Positions 27,341 through 34,067 of a DNA stretch of 34,067 bases are shown here, in pieces. The DNA comes from Candidatus Sungbacteria bacterium RIFCSPHIGHO2_01_FULL_50_25 (GTDB taxonomy: Bacteria > Patescibacteriota > Minisyncoccia > Sungbacterales > HO2-52-23), in assembly GCA_001822215.1 (NCBI GenBank), contig MHQD01000032.1, positions 1-34,067 of the forward strand, written 5' to 3'. Below the pieces are notes generated by a model, which worked only from the letters and a program-made list of their open reading frames with translations, searched no databases and was not told where the DNA came from. A program made the translations under genes and the position numbers. How positions within the stretch are numbered: position 1 is the stretch's first letter; each line of letters starts with the position of its first letter.

Positions 27341-27352
27341 CTTTGTATTGCC

Positions 27353-27688
27353 ATGATAGGCCTTGGGACGAAATTCATCATAAAAGTCCTTCTAAACGGC
27401 CTTGGGTTATACCTCGCGAATTCCTATATACCGGGCTTTACTATGGAGGGAGGCGCTAAAACCCTCCTTATAAGCGCCGTTTTACTCGCGCTCCTCTATA
27501 CACTTATACGGCCGCTCATACGGCTTCTCTCTGCTCCCCTTGTCTGGATTACCTTTGGCCTCTTCAATATCGCAATCAATATCGCGCTTCTCTGGACAGC
27601 AGACATCCTCCTCGCCGAAATCTCATTTGACTCCATAAAAACACTTTTTTATATCTCTTTTATAATCGCAGTTGCAAATATATTTTAA
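27353..27688 (+). CDS. YvlD / phage-holin-4 (PF04020-like) small membrane protein
   Basis: 111 aa with 3-4 TM helices. The LIRPLIRLLSAPLVWITFGLFNIAINIALLW block matches my recollection of the YvlD/DUF360 family. Confidence 0.65.
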   Translation: MIGLGTKFIIKVLLNGLGLYLANSYIPGFTMEGGAKTLLISAVLLALLYTLIRPLIRLLSAPLVWITFGLFNIAINIALLWTADILLAEISFDSIKTLFYISFIIAVANIF

Positions 27689-27747
27689 CGCGGCAGAATG
27701 CGCATCGATCGCTTTCGTAATGCGCCCATATGCATAATTGATGAGAT

Positions 27748-27966
27748 ATGAATGACTTGATATTCCAAATAGTTCAAATTGTCGCGGCGGTTGTCCTTAT
27801 CGCAACCATCCTCCTGCAGCAGCGGGGCGGCGGTCTTTCGCCGGTGTTTGGCGGCGAGGGAGGATTTTATCGCACGCGACGGGGAATTGAAAAAACAATT
27901 TTTATCACATCCATCATATCTGCCGCTATTTTTTTTCTTGCCGCAATTCTCAATCTTGTATTCTAA
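27748..27966 (+). CDS. secG: preprotein translocase subunit SecG
   Basis: 72 aa with two TM helices flanking a Gly-rich loop (LLQQRGGGLSPVFGGEGG). Confidence 0.85.
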   Translation: MNDLIFQIVQIVAAVVLIATILLQQRGGGLSPVFGGEGGFYRTRRGIEKTIFITSIISAAIFFLAAILNLVF

Positions 27967-28020
27967 TCGATTTGCGGCTTCGCCGTGCTTGAAAATACTC
28001 CTTCTCAAGGCATTGGCCGG

Positions 28021-29769
28021 ATGCCCGACGCTGTCGGATATCGCTGGCTGAGGCTCCATAAACTATTGCATATCCCGCGCTTTCTTGATCCTCGTGATCA
28101 GCGAAGGGTATATCTTGTATTTATTGCATGTATTCTTTTTGGCGTTTCTTTTTTTGCGCGCGTCTATATCCGGCTTACGCTGCCGGTCCCCGCTCTTGGG
28201 GGCGCATACCATGAAGGGCTCCTTAAAACCCCACGCGCAATCAATCCGGTCTATGCATCGACGAACGACACCGACCGTGATTTTGCAAAACTCGTGTTTT
28301 CCCGCATTCTCACCTATGACGGGAACGGAAACATAGTGCTCGATCTTGCAAAGCAATATGAAATGAGCGCAGACGGAAAGACCTATATGGTAACGCTCCG
28401 TGAAAATGCGTACTGGCATGACGGGAAAAAAGTGACGGCAGAAGATGTTCTTTTTACAATTTCCATGATCCAAAACCCTTCCTATAAAAGCCCATTTATC
28501 GCAAACTGGCAGGGTGTCGAAATAAAAAAAATCGATGAATACACGGTTCAGTTCACGCTCCGGACGCCATACGTCCCGTTTCTCGAAAACCTGACGGTCG
28601 GGATATTGCCGCGCCATATATGGAAAGACGTCCGCCCGGAACAAGCGCTTCTGCACGAACAAAACCTCCAGCCGATAGGATCGGGCCCGTACCGATTTGA
28701 CCGCTTCATAAAGAACGATGACGGCACAATATCCGAGTATCGCTTTGCCTGGAACCCCGATTATTACAGAGAAGGCCCATATATCAGACGATTGACATTT
28801 ACGTTTTATGATTCATTTGAGATGCTCCTCACTGACTGGCGAAAAGGCAAGATTGATGGAATGAGCCCGATATCGAAAAACATAGAAAACGAACTCAACG
28901 AGAATCGGCATTCGCTTTTTTCAATAGAAACGCCTCGGGTATTCGGGATATTCTTCAATCAATCGAAAAACGACGCGCTCCGGGATAAACGAATTCGCGA
29001 GGCGATCGCACGCGCCATCTCACGAGACGCGATCACGGATTACATCCTCGGAGAAGCGACTTCAAAATCAACTCCGTTCCCGCGATTCGGCGAAACAGAG
29101 CCCCGAGGCGACACGCCGACATCGACAATCGTGTATGACCCCGGGAAAGCACGCACACTCCTTGCAGAAGCGGGATATAAAGATGAAAATGGAGACGGAA
29201 TACTTGAAAGAAAGGAAAAAAAGAAGTCGGGGAACAAAACAATCGAATCGGAAACCCCGCTCTCTTTTGTGCTTACAACATCAGACTGGCCCGACCTCTT
29301 GCGCGCCGCAGAAAAAATCCAGCGCGACCTCGCGGCTGTCGGCATTGATATCCAAATCAATACCGTCTCCCTATCTGAACTCGATACTTCGGTAATCCGC
29401 CCCCGTGATTTTGAGATTCTCCTCTTTGGCCACGCATACGGCTATGAACCGGACCCATTCCTTTTCTGGCATACATCGCAGGGAAAAGACCCTGGGCTTA
29501 ATATCGTCCGCTACAGCGATAAAACGTCAGACCGCCTCCTCGAAGAAATCAGAACGCTCCCCGACCGCGGCGAACGGGAGCGCCGCCTCCGCGAGCTGGA
29601 AAAGCGCATCATGCAGGAGCTTCCCATGCTTCCTATTTTTTCCGAAGAATACCTTTATATTCTTCCACGACGCATAAAAGGTATCGACCCAAAAATCATA
29701 TCGCTCCAATCTGACCGTTTTAACGAAGTCAACAGATGGTATATAGATACGAAACGAATCTTTAAGTGA
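28021..29769 (+). CDS. ABC-transporter family-5 solute-binding protein (Opp/Dpp/Nik-like), membrane anchored
   Basis: An N-terminal TM (VYLVFIACILFGVSFFARVYI) is followed by family-5 SBP-like blocks (...WHDGKKVTAEDVLFT...NPDYY...). The track starts at the GTG at 27985 and the first ATG is at 28021. No permease or ATPase gene is adjacent. Confidence 0.8.
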   Translation: MPDAVGYRWLRLHKLLHIPRFLDPRDQRRVYLVFIACILFGVSFFARVYIRLTLPVPALGGAYHEGLLKTPRAINPVYASTNDTDRDFAKLVFSRILTYDGNGNIVLDLAKQYEMSADGKTYMVTLRENAYWHDGKKVTAEDVLFTISMIQNPSYKSPFIANWQGVEIKKIDEYTVQFTLRTPYVPFLENLTVGILPRHIWKDVRPEQALLHEQNLQPIGSGPYRFDRFIKNDDGTISEYRFAWNPDYYREGPYIRRLTFTFYDSFEMLLTDWRKGKIDGMSPISKNIENELNENRHSLFSIETPRVFGIFFNQSKNDALRDKRIREAIARAISRDAITDYILGEATSKSTPFPRFGETEPRGDTPTSTIVYDPGKARTLLAEAGYKDENGDGILERKEKKKSGNKTIESETPLSFVLTTSDWPDLLRAAEKIQRDLAAVGIDIQINTVSLSELDTSVIRPRDFEILLFGHAYGYEPDPFLFWHTSQGKDPGLNIVRYSDKTSDRLLEEIRTLPDRGERERRLRELEKRIMQELPMLPIFSEEYLYILPRRIKGIDPKIISLQSDRFNEVNRWYIDTKRIFK

Positions 29770-29776
29770 TACCGAC

Positions 29777-29860
29777 GCCCCCCTGGCGGAACTGGCAGAC
29801 GCGCTAGCTTCAGGAGCTAGTGGGAGAAATCCTGTAGAGGTTCAAATCCTCTGGGGGGCA
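29777..29860 (+). tRNA. tRNA-Leu (anticodon CAG)
   Basis: Manual fold: acceptor GCCCCCC/GGGGGGC, D-arm GCG..CGC, anticodon stem CTAGC/GCTAG with loop TTCAGGA, a long variable arm, T-arm AGAGG-TTCAAAT-CCTCT and discriminator A. Confidence 0.9.
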
Positions 29861-29956
29861 CCGCATCATTATTAACCTAATTTTTTATTTCCGAATAGTT
29901 GCCGATATCACGAACGATTTTTTCTTGATTGTCGGAACGTATTCGCATACACACTG

Positions 29957-31717
29957 ATGCATAGAAAACCGTCATATCACGAGGGACGGCGCCATCTACG
30001 CCGGCCCTCCCTCATGCGAGGGCAATCCCATGGACCCATTCCCGGTTCGCGGGGCGACCTTCGATTTATCCCGCTGGGTGGCTGCGGAGAGGTCCAGCGT
30101 TCGACCTATGTTTACGAATACAATGACGATATTGTGATTATCGACATGGGTCTCCAATTCCCGGATGAAGACATGCCGGGAATAGATTATTTAATCGCAA
30201 ACGTCGAGTACCTGAAGCCGAGAAAGAAAAATATCCGCGGGATCATTATCACCCACGGGCATTACGACCACTTCGGGGCAATCCCGCATCTCTTGGATTC
30301 TCTCGGGAACCCGCCGATATTTGCAACCGCGCTCACGCGGGGCATGATCATGAAGCGGCAGGAAGATTTTAAGCACCTCCCGAAGCCGAGAATCGAACTC
30401 ATCACCACGGAGTCAAAAGTGCGTCTCGGAAATTTCCTTGCCGAGTTCTATCACATAAACCACAACATCCCGGATTCGGTCGGCGTCGTGCTTCGGACGC
30501 CCGTGGGAACGGTTGTGCATACGGGCGACTTTAAGTTTGACCCCCAGCCCGTTTCAGAGGCAACCGCGGATCTTCACAGAATTGCTGAGATCGGCCATCA
30601 GGGAGTTCTTTTGCTCGTATCGGAGTCAACGGACGCCGACTCTCCCGGACATCAAATATCGGAAACAGAGGTCCAGAAAACGATTGAAGAAATATTCAAG
30701 GTGGCGCCCGGCAGGATCATTGCGGCAACATTCGCCTCACTCATTACCCGCCTCCAACAGCTCATCTGGCTTTCTGAAAAATATGGAAGAAAGGTTGCGC
30801 TCGAAGGGTTTTCAATAAAGCAAAATGTCGCAGTCGCGCAGGAACTCGGATATCTCAAGGTGCGCAAGGGAACGATCATAGACACAAAAGACATCCATCG
30901 CTATAAAGAGAGTGAAATTACGATCCTCTGCACCGGCGCGCAAGGCGAGGACCGCGCGGCCTTGATGCGGATTGCAAATAATGAACATCGCCTCATCACT
31001 ATCCAGCCAAAAGACTCGGTAGTATTCTCTTCTTCCGTCATCCCGGGGAATGAAAACTCGGTCCAGCGCTTGAAAGACACACTCTACAAGCGAGCGGGCA
31101 AGGTTTACCACTACGCGACAATGGACATCCACTCCGGAGGCCATGCAAAGCAAGACGAACTCACCCAAATGATAAAGCTCACAAAGCCGAAATACATGAT
31201 TCCGATCCACGGAAACTACTTTATGCTCAAAATCCATTCAGAGCTTGCCGAAAAAGCCGGAATCCCGAAAGAGCGGATCATAATTGCGGAAGACGGCGAG
31301 ATCGTCTCAATGAACCGTGAAGGAATCAGAAAGCTCAAAGAAAGAGCGCCGACCGACTATGTCATGGTTGACGGCCTTGGCGTGGGCGACGTAAAAGAGG
31401 TTGTTATCCGCGACCGCCAGCACTTGGCAGAAGACGGCATTTTCGTCATTATTACGATAGTTGACGCGAAAACCGGGAAGGTAAAAACAAGCCCGGATAT
31501 CATCTCCCGCGGCTTCATATACCTCAAAGAGTCCCAAGAGCTCCTCCGCGAAGTAAGAAAGCGCACACGGACCATTGTCGAAGGCCTTACAACGGGCCCA
31601 ACGCGCCCTATTGACTGGAATTATGTCAAAGACGAGGTTCGCGAAAAAATCGGGCAGTTTCTCTTCAACAAAACCGCGCGTCGCCCAATGGTATTGCCCG
31701 TAGTAATTGAAGTATGA
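29957..31717 (+). CDS. rnj: ribonuclease J (metallo-beta-lactamase / beta-CASP)
   Basis: HxHxDH motif (ITHGHYDHFG), beta-CASP region and C-terminal domain. Length and order are RNase J-like. The basic N-terminal ~20 aa may not be translated, as there is an alternative ATG at 30017. Confidence 0.9.
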   Translation: MHRKPSYHEGRRHLRRPSLMRGQSHGPIPGSRGDLRFIPLGGCGEVQRSTYVYEYNDDIVIIDMGLQFPDEDMPGIDYLIANVEYLKPRKKNIRGIIITHGHYDHFGAIPHLLDSLGNPPIFATALTRGMIMKRQEDFKHLPKPRIELITTESKVRLGNFLAEFYHINHNIPDSVGVVLRTPVGTVVHTGDFKFDPQPVSEATADLHRIAEIGHQGVLLLVSESTDADSPGHQISETEVQKTIEEIFKVAPGRIIAATFASLITRLQQLIWLSEKYGRKVALEGFSIKQNVAVAQELGYLKVRKGTIIDTKDIHRYKESEITILCTGAQGEDRAALMRIANNEHRLITIQPKDSVVFSSSVIPGNENSVQRLKDTLYKRAGKVYHYATMDIHSGGHAKQDELTQMIKLTKPKYMIPIHGNYFMLKIHSELAEKAGIPKERIIIAEDGEIVSMNREGIRKLKERAPTDYVMVDGLGVGDVKEVVIRDRQHLAEDGIFVIITIVDAKTGKVKTSPDIISRGFIYLKESQELLREVRKRTRTIVEGLTTGPTRPIDWNYVKDEVREKIGQFLFNKTARRPMVLPVVIEV

Positions 31718-32715
31718 TACCTGCGGAAAAATCCAAAAAACAAATCCTCCTAAGCGGCGTACAGCCATCCGGAAATTTCCACATCGGGAACTATTTGGGT
31801 GCAATAAAACAATGGGTGGAAATGCAAAAAACCCACCGCGTATTTGCCATGATCGCGGACCTGCACGCAATCACCATCCCCCAGGAGCCCGAAATACTCT
31901 ACAAAAATACCCTTGGCGTTGCAAAACTCCTGCTTGCCTGCGGCTTAGACCCAAAAAAGTCAGTTATCTTCGTCCAGTCGCAAATCCCCGCGCATACGGA
32001 GCTCGGATGGATTTTAAACACTCTTACTCCGATTGGAGAGCTCGAACGAATGACACAGTTTAAAGAAAAAAAAGAAAAAGCCGGAGTGCTTGCGGGACTC
32101 TTAAACTATCCCACACTCATGGCGGCCGACATTCTTCTTTATAACTCCGATATTGTTCCTGTGGGCGAGGACCAAATCCAACATATTGAGCTTACGCGGA
32201 CCCTCGCACGGAAATTCAATGCGCGCTTCGGCGAAACGTTCAAAGAGCCGAAAGAATATGTTTTGAAAGAAACCAGCCGCGTCATGGCGCTCGACGACCC
32301 GACGAAAAAAATGTCAAAATCCTCGGCAAATCCGGCGAGTTACATTGCGCTTTTGGACGAGCCCGAAACCATTCGGAAAAAAATCCAGATTGCGGTTACG
32401 GATTCAGGAAAAGAAGTTGCGTACGACGAGATAACAAAACCCGCAATCTCAAACCTCATGCGGATATATAGCGCATTCTCCGGAATTGGCCTCAAGGAAA
32501 TCGAGGCAAAATTTTCCGACAAGGGGTACGGCGAATTCAAGCACGACCTTGCAGATGTTATGGTAGGCGCCCTTACACCAATACAAAAACGCTACAGCGC
32601 GCTCACCGAAGCGAGTGTAAAAACCGTACTCAAAAAAGGTCAAAAAGCCGCGGCAAAGATCGCGGATAGAACCCTTACCGAAGCAAAGAAAAAAGCCGGA
32701 TTTCTTGCGACATAA
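31714..32715 (+). CDS. trpS: tryptophan--tRNA ligase
   Basis: 333 aa with HIGH-type FHIGNYLG and KMSKS. It has a 4-nt ATGA overlap with rnj. Confidence 0.95.
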   Translation: MIPAEKSKKQILLSGVQPSGNFHIGNYLGAIKQWVEMQKTHRVFAMIADLHAITIPQEPEILYKNTLGVAKLLLACGLDPKKSVIFVQSQIPAHTELGWILNTLTPIGELERMTQFKEKKEKAGVLAGLLNYPTLMAADILLYNSDIVPVGEDQIQHIELTRTLARKFNARFGETFKEPKEYVLKETSRVMALDDPTKKMSKSSANPASYIALLDEPETIRKKIQIAVTDSGKEVAYDEITKPAISNLMRIYSAFSGIGLKEIEAKFSDKGYGEFKHDLADVMVGALTPIQKRYSALTEASVKTVLKKGQKAAAKIADRTLTEAKKKAGFLAT

Positions 32716-32717
32716 AA

Positions 32718-32789
32718 CGCTCCTACCGGGAATCGAACCCGGGTTACCAGGATGAGAACCTGGCGTCCTAACCACTAGACGATAGGAGC
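32718..32789 (-). tRNA. tRNA-Glu (anticodon CTC)
   Basis: Manual fold of the reverse complement: GCTCCTA acceptor, D-arm GTCT-AGTGGTTA-GGAC, anticodon stem CCAGG/CCTGG with loop TTCTCAT, T-arm CCGGG-TTCGATT-CCCGG and discriminator G. Confidence 0.9.
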
Positions 32790-32802
32790 AGAATCACTCG
32801 AA

Positions 32803-32831
32803 ATTCTACGGGAAAAATCACAAAAAATCAA
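32803..32831 (-). promoter_or_regulatory. sigma70-like promoter for tRNA-Glu
   Basis: On the minus strand: TTGATT (32831-32826), a 17-bp spacer, then TAGAAT (32808-32803). The -10 ends about 13 nt before the tRNA 5' end. Confidence 0.45.
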
Positions 32832-32880
32832 TCCTTCGAGGCTTCGACTGAACTCAGCCGAAGTCCAAGCTCAGGATAAA

Positions 32881-32907
32881 GAAAAAAGACCGCCGGTTAT
32901 TGGCGGT
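32881..32907 (-). terminator. intrinsic terminator of the zinc-ribbon ORF
   Basis: On the minus strand: ACCGCC-AATAACC-GGCGGT followed by CTTTTTTC. The stop codon TAA (32899-32897) lies in the loop. Confidence 0.6.
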
Positions 32908-33139
32908 ACGCGAACTCGGGATCCCTGTCATACCAGTGCGCTGAGTTCCGATTGCCGTTTCCGGATGGCTCGATGAACGGCTTAGCGCATAGCTCGCCGA
33001 CTTTGCGATTGCATTGCGGGCAATATTTTCCATCGTTGCGGCGGACAAGATGCACTGACTTCGGCTGTTTACAGTACTGGCATCGGGCCCATGTATGCGT
33101 ATCAATCCATTCTGCAAGTTCCCAGCCGGAAAGATTCAC
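32897..33139 (-). CDS. small zinc-ribbon protein (hypothetical)
   Basis: 80 aa with a GTG start. The two CxxC pairs (CQYC...CPQC) are 19 residues apart. The ORF ends in its own terminator. The overlapping 32854..33117 ORF lacks these features. Confidence 0.5.
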   Translation of the reverse strand: MNLSGWELAEWIDTHTWARCQYCKQPKSVHLVRRNDGKYCPQCNRKVGELCAKPFIEPSGNGNRNSAHWYDRDPEFAYRQ

Positions 33140-33231
33140 CCCGCGCCGCTATCTGGCATCGCAGTCTCCAAAAGGTTCTTTCTCCAGTATAGCGCCAGCT
33201 ATCCCTTTTGCGTTTTAAGATATGCACAGGC

Positions 33232-34067
33232 CTACGCTTTCTTCCAATAATCTTCCTGCCTCACAAGAAGTTTTTTTGCATGCTCCCGATTCGCCATGAT
33301 TTCTTCAACGATTTTTTCCATCCGAATACCCTGGCTTCCTTTGATTAAAACGGCATCGCCCGGCCGGAGAAGGGATTCAAGCATTTTCCCGGCTGATATC
33401 GCATTTGCGAACGAAAACACTTTCTCTACGCCGCCACGGCTTTTTGCCTTTCGAAGCAATTTCATTTCTTCGCCAATGAGACGCGCCTGAGGGCCGACGG
33501 TGAGGAGAATGTCAACGTATGAGCCGACCATGCGGCCGATTTCGCGATGCGCTTCTTCGGAATATCGCCCAAGCTCAAGCATGTCGCCCAATACCGCGAT
33601 TTTCCTCTTTGCAAAAAGCGACTCAAGGAGTAAAAGTGCTTCTCGCATTGATTCCGGAGCCGCGTTATATGTGTCGTCAATAATAAGCGTGTGCTTTATC
33701 CCCGAAAGAATCCTCAAACGTCCCTGCGGCGGCGCATACTCCGCAAGCGCGGAAACAATCTCGCCGATATCCATCCGCATGAGAATGCCTACAAGCGCGG
33801 CCGCGCCAGCGGCATAGAGCTGGGGCGCGCCGAGGGCTGAAGGCAAAAACACCTGCGTCACTGCGCCTTTGTATTGAATCTTAAATGAAAGCCCGGCGGG
33901 CACGCGGCCGAATTCCTCATCGTTTTTCATGCGAAGCTCGGAATTCATAATCCGAAAATCCGCTTCAAGCGATTTTCCGAACGTGAGCACGCGCGCCGCA
34001 GTACGCACGCGCATTGCGCGCACGGCCGGATCATCCTGGTTCAGGAGCGCGTATCCGTCCGAGGGAA
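33232..34067 (-). CDS. murF: UDP-N-acetylmuramoyl-tripeptide--D-alanyl-D-alanine ligase, C-terminal part (N-terminus beyond window end)
   Basis: Mur-ligase central and C-terminal blocks (LIIDDTYNAAPESMREAL, AVLGDMLELG). The frame stays open from 34023 to the window edge (..PSDGYALLNQDDPAV). Confidence 0.9.
   Translation of the reverse strand, partial: PSDGYALLNQDDPAVRAMRVRTAARVLTFGKSLEADFRIMNSELRMKNDEEFGRVPAGLSFKIQYKGAVTQVFLPSALGAPQLYAAGAAALVGILMRMDIGEIVSALAEYAPPQGRLRILSGIKHTLIIDDTYNAAPESMREALLLLESLFAKRKIAVLGDMLELGRYSEEAHREIGRMVGSYVDILLTVGPQARLIGEEMKLLRKAKSRGGVEKVFSFANAISAGKMLESLLRPGDAVLIKGSQGIRMEKIVEEIMANREHAKKLLVRQEDYWKKA

Noticed and set aside
29767-31717. Possibility of an alternative genetic code (UGA as sense, code 25 or code 4)
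   Set aside because: TGA closes the solute-binding protein gene (29767-29769) and rnj (31715-31717) at the expected protein ends. No conserved gene in the window needs in-frame TGA read-through.

Overview
Dense, mostly housekeeping bacterial segment of about 50% GC. TAA, TAG and TGA are all used as stops, so this is the standard code, not code 25. Gene order: a large secreted repeat protein (partial, minus strand, missing from the ORF track because its stop lies off-window), then a tRNA-Ser locus littered with tRNA fragments, htpX, corA, cysS, dnaB, recR, rplU, a coiled-coil membrane protein, rmuC, an SLT-domain protein, phosphomannomutase, ychF, a DUF5317-like membrane protein, rpsF-ssb-rpsR, recA, a RodZ-like protein, ftsK, rpoC, rpoB, a YvlD/holin-4-like protein, secG, an orphan family-5 solute-binding protein, tRNA-Leu, RNase J, trpS, tRNA-Glu, a small zinc-ribbon ORF and murF (partial). 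Compact rpoB/rpoC, few Shine-Dalgarno sites and the YQGRL-type surface protein suggest a small-genome, CPR/Parcubacteria-like organism; this is inference only. I found no defence island, CRISPR array, transposase or integrase. The main non-housekeeping signal is a family of short (68-113 bp) elements with inverted-repeat termini YCCCGTTAGA...TCTAACGGGR and 4-bp flanking direct repeats. One copy sits in-frame inside ychF. One duplicates the ssb start codon. One splits the variable arm of a decayed class-II tRNA. One lies between htpX and corA. Further half-sites and degenerate copies also occur. Secondary observations: two genes lack a canonical start codon for their conserved N-termini, a consensus promoter runs directly into a terminator-like hairpin, a 385-bp noncoding tract with three imperfect repeats lies downstream of recA, and rpoB has a structured leader with a palindrome shared by divergent promoters.
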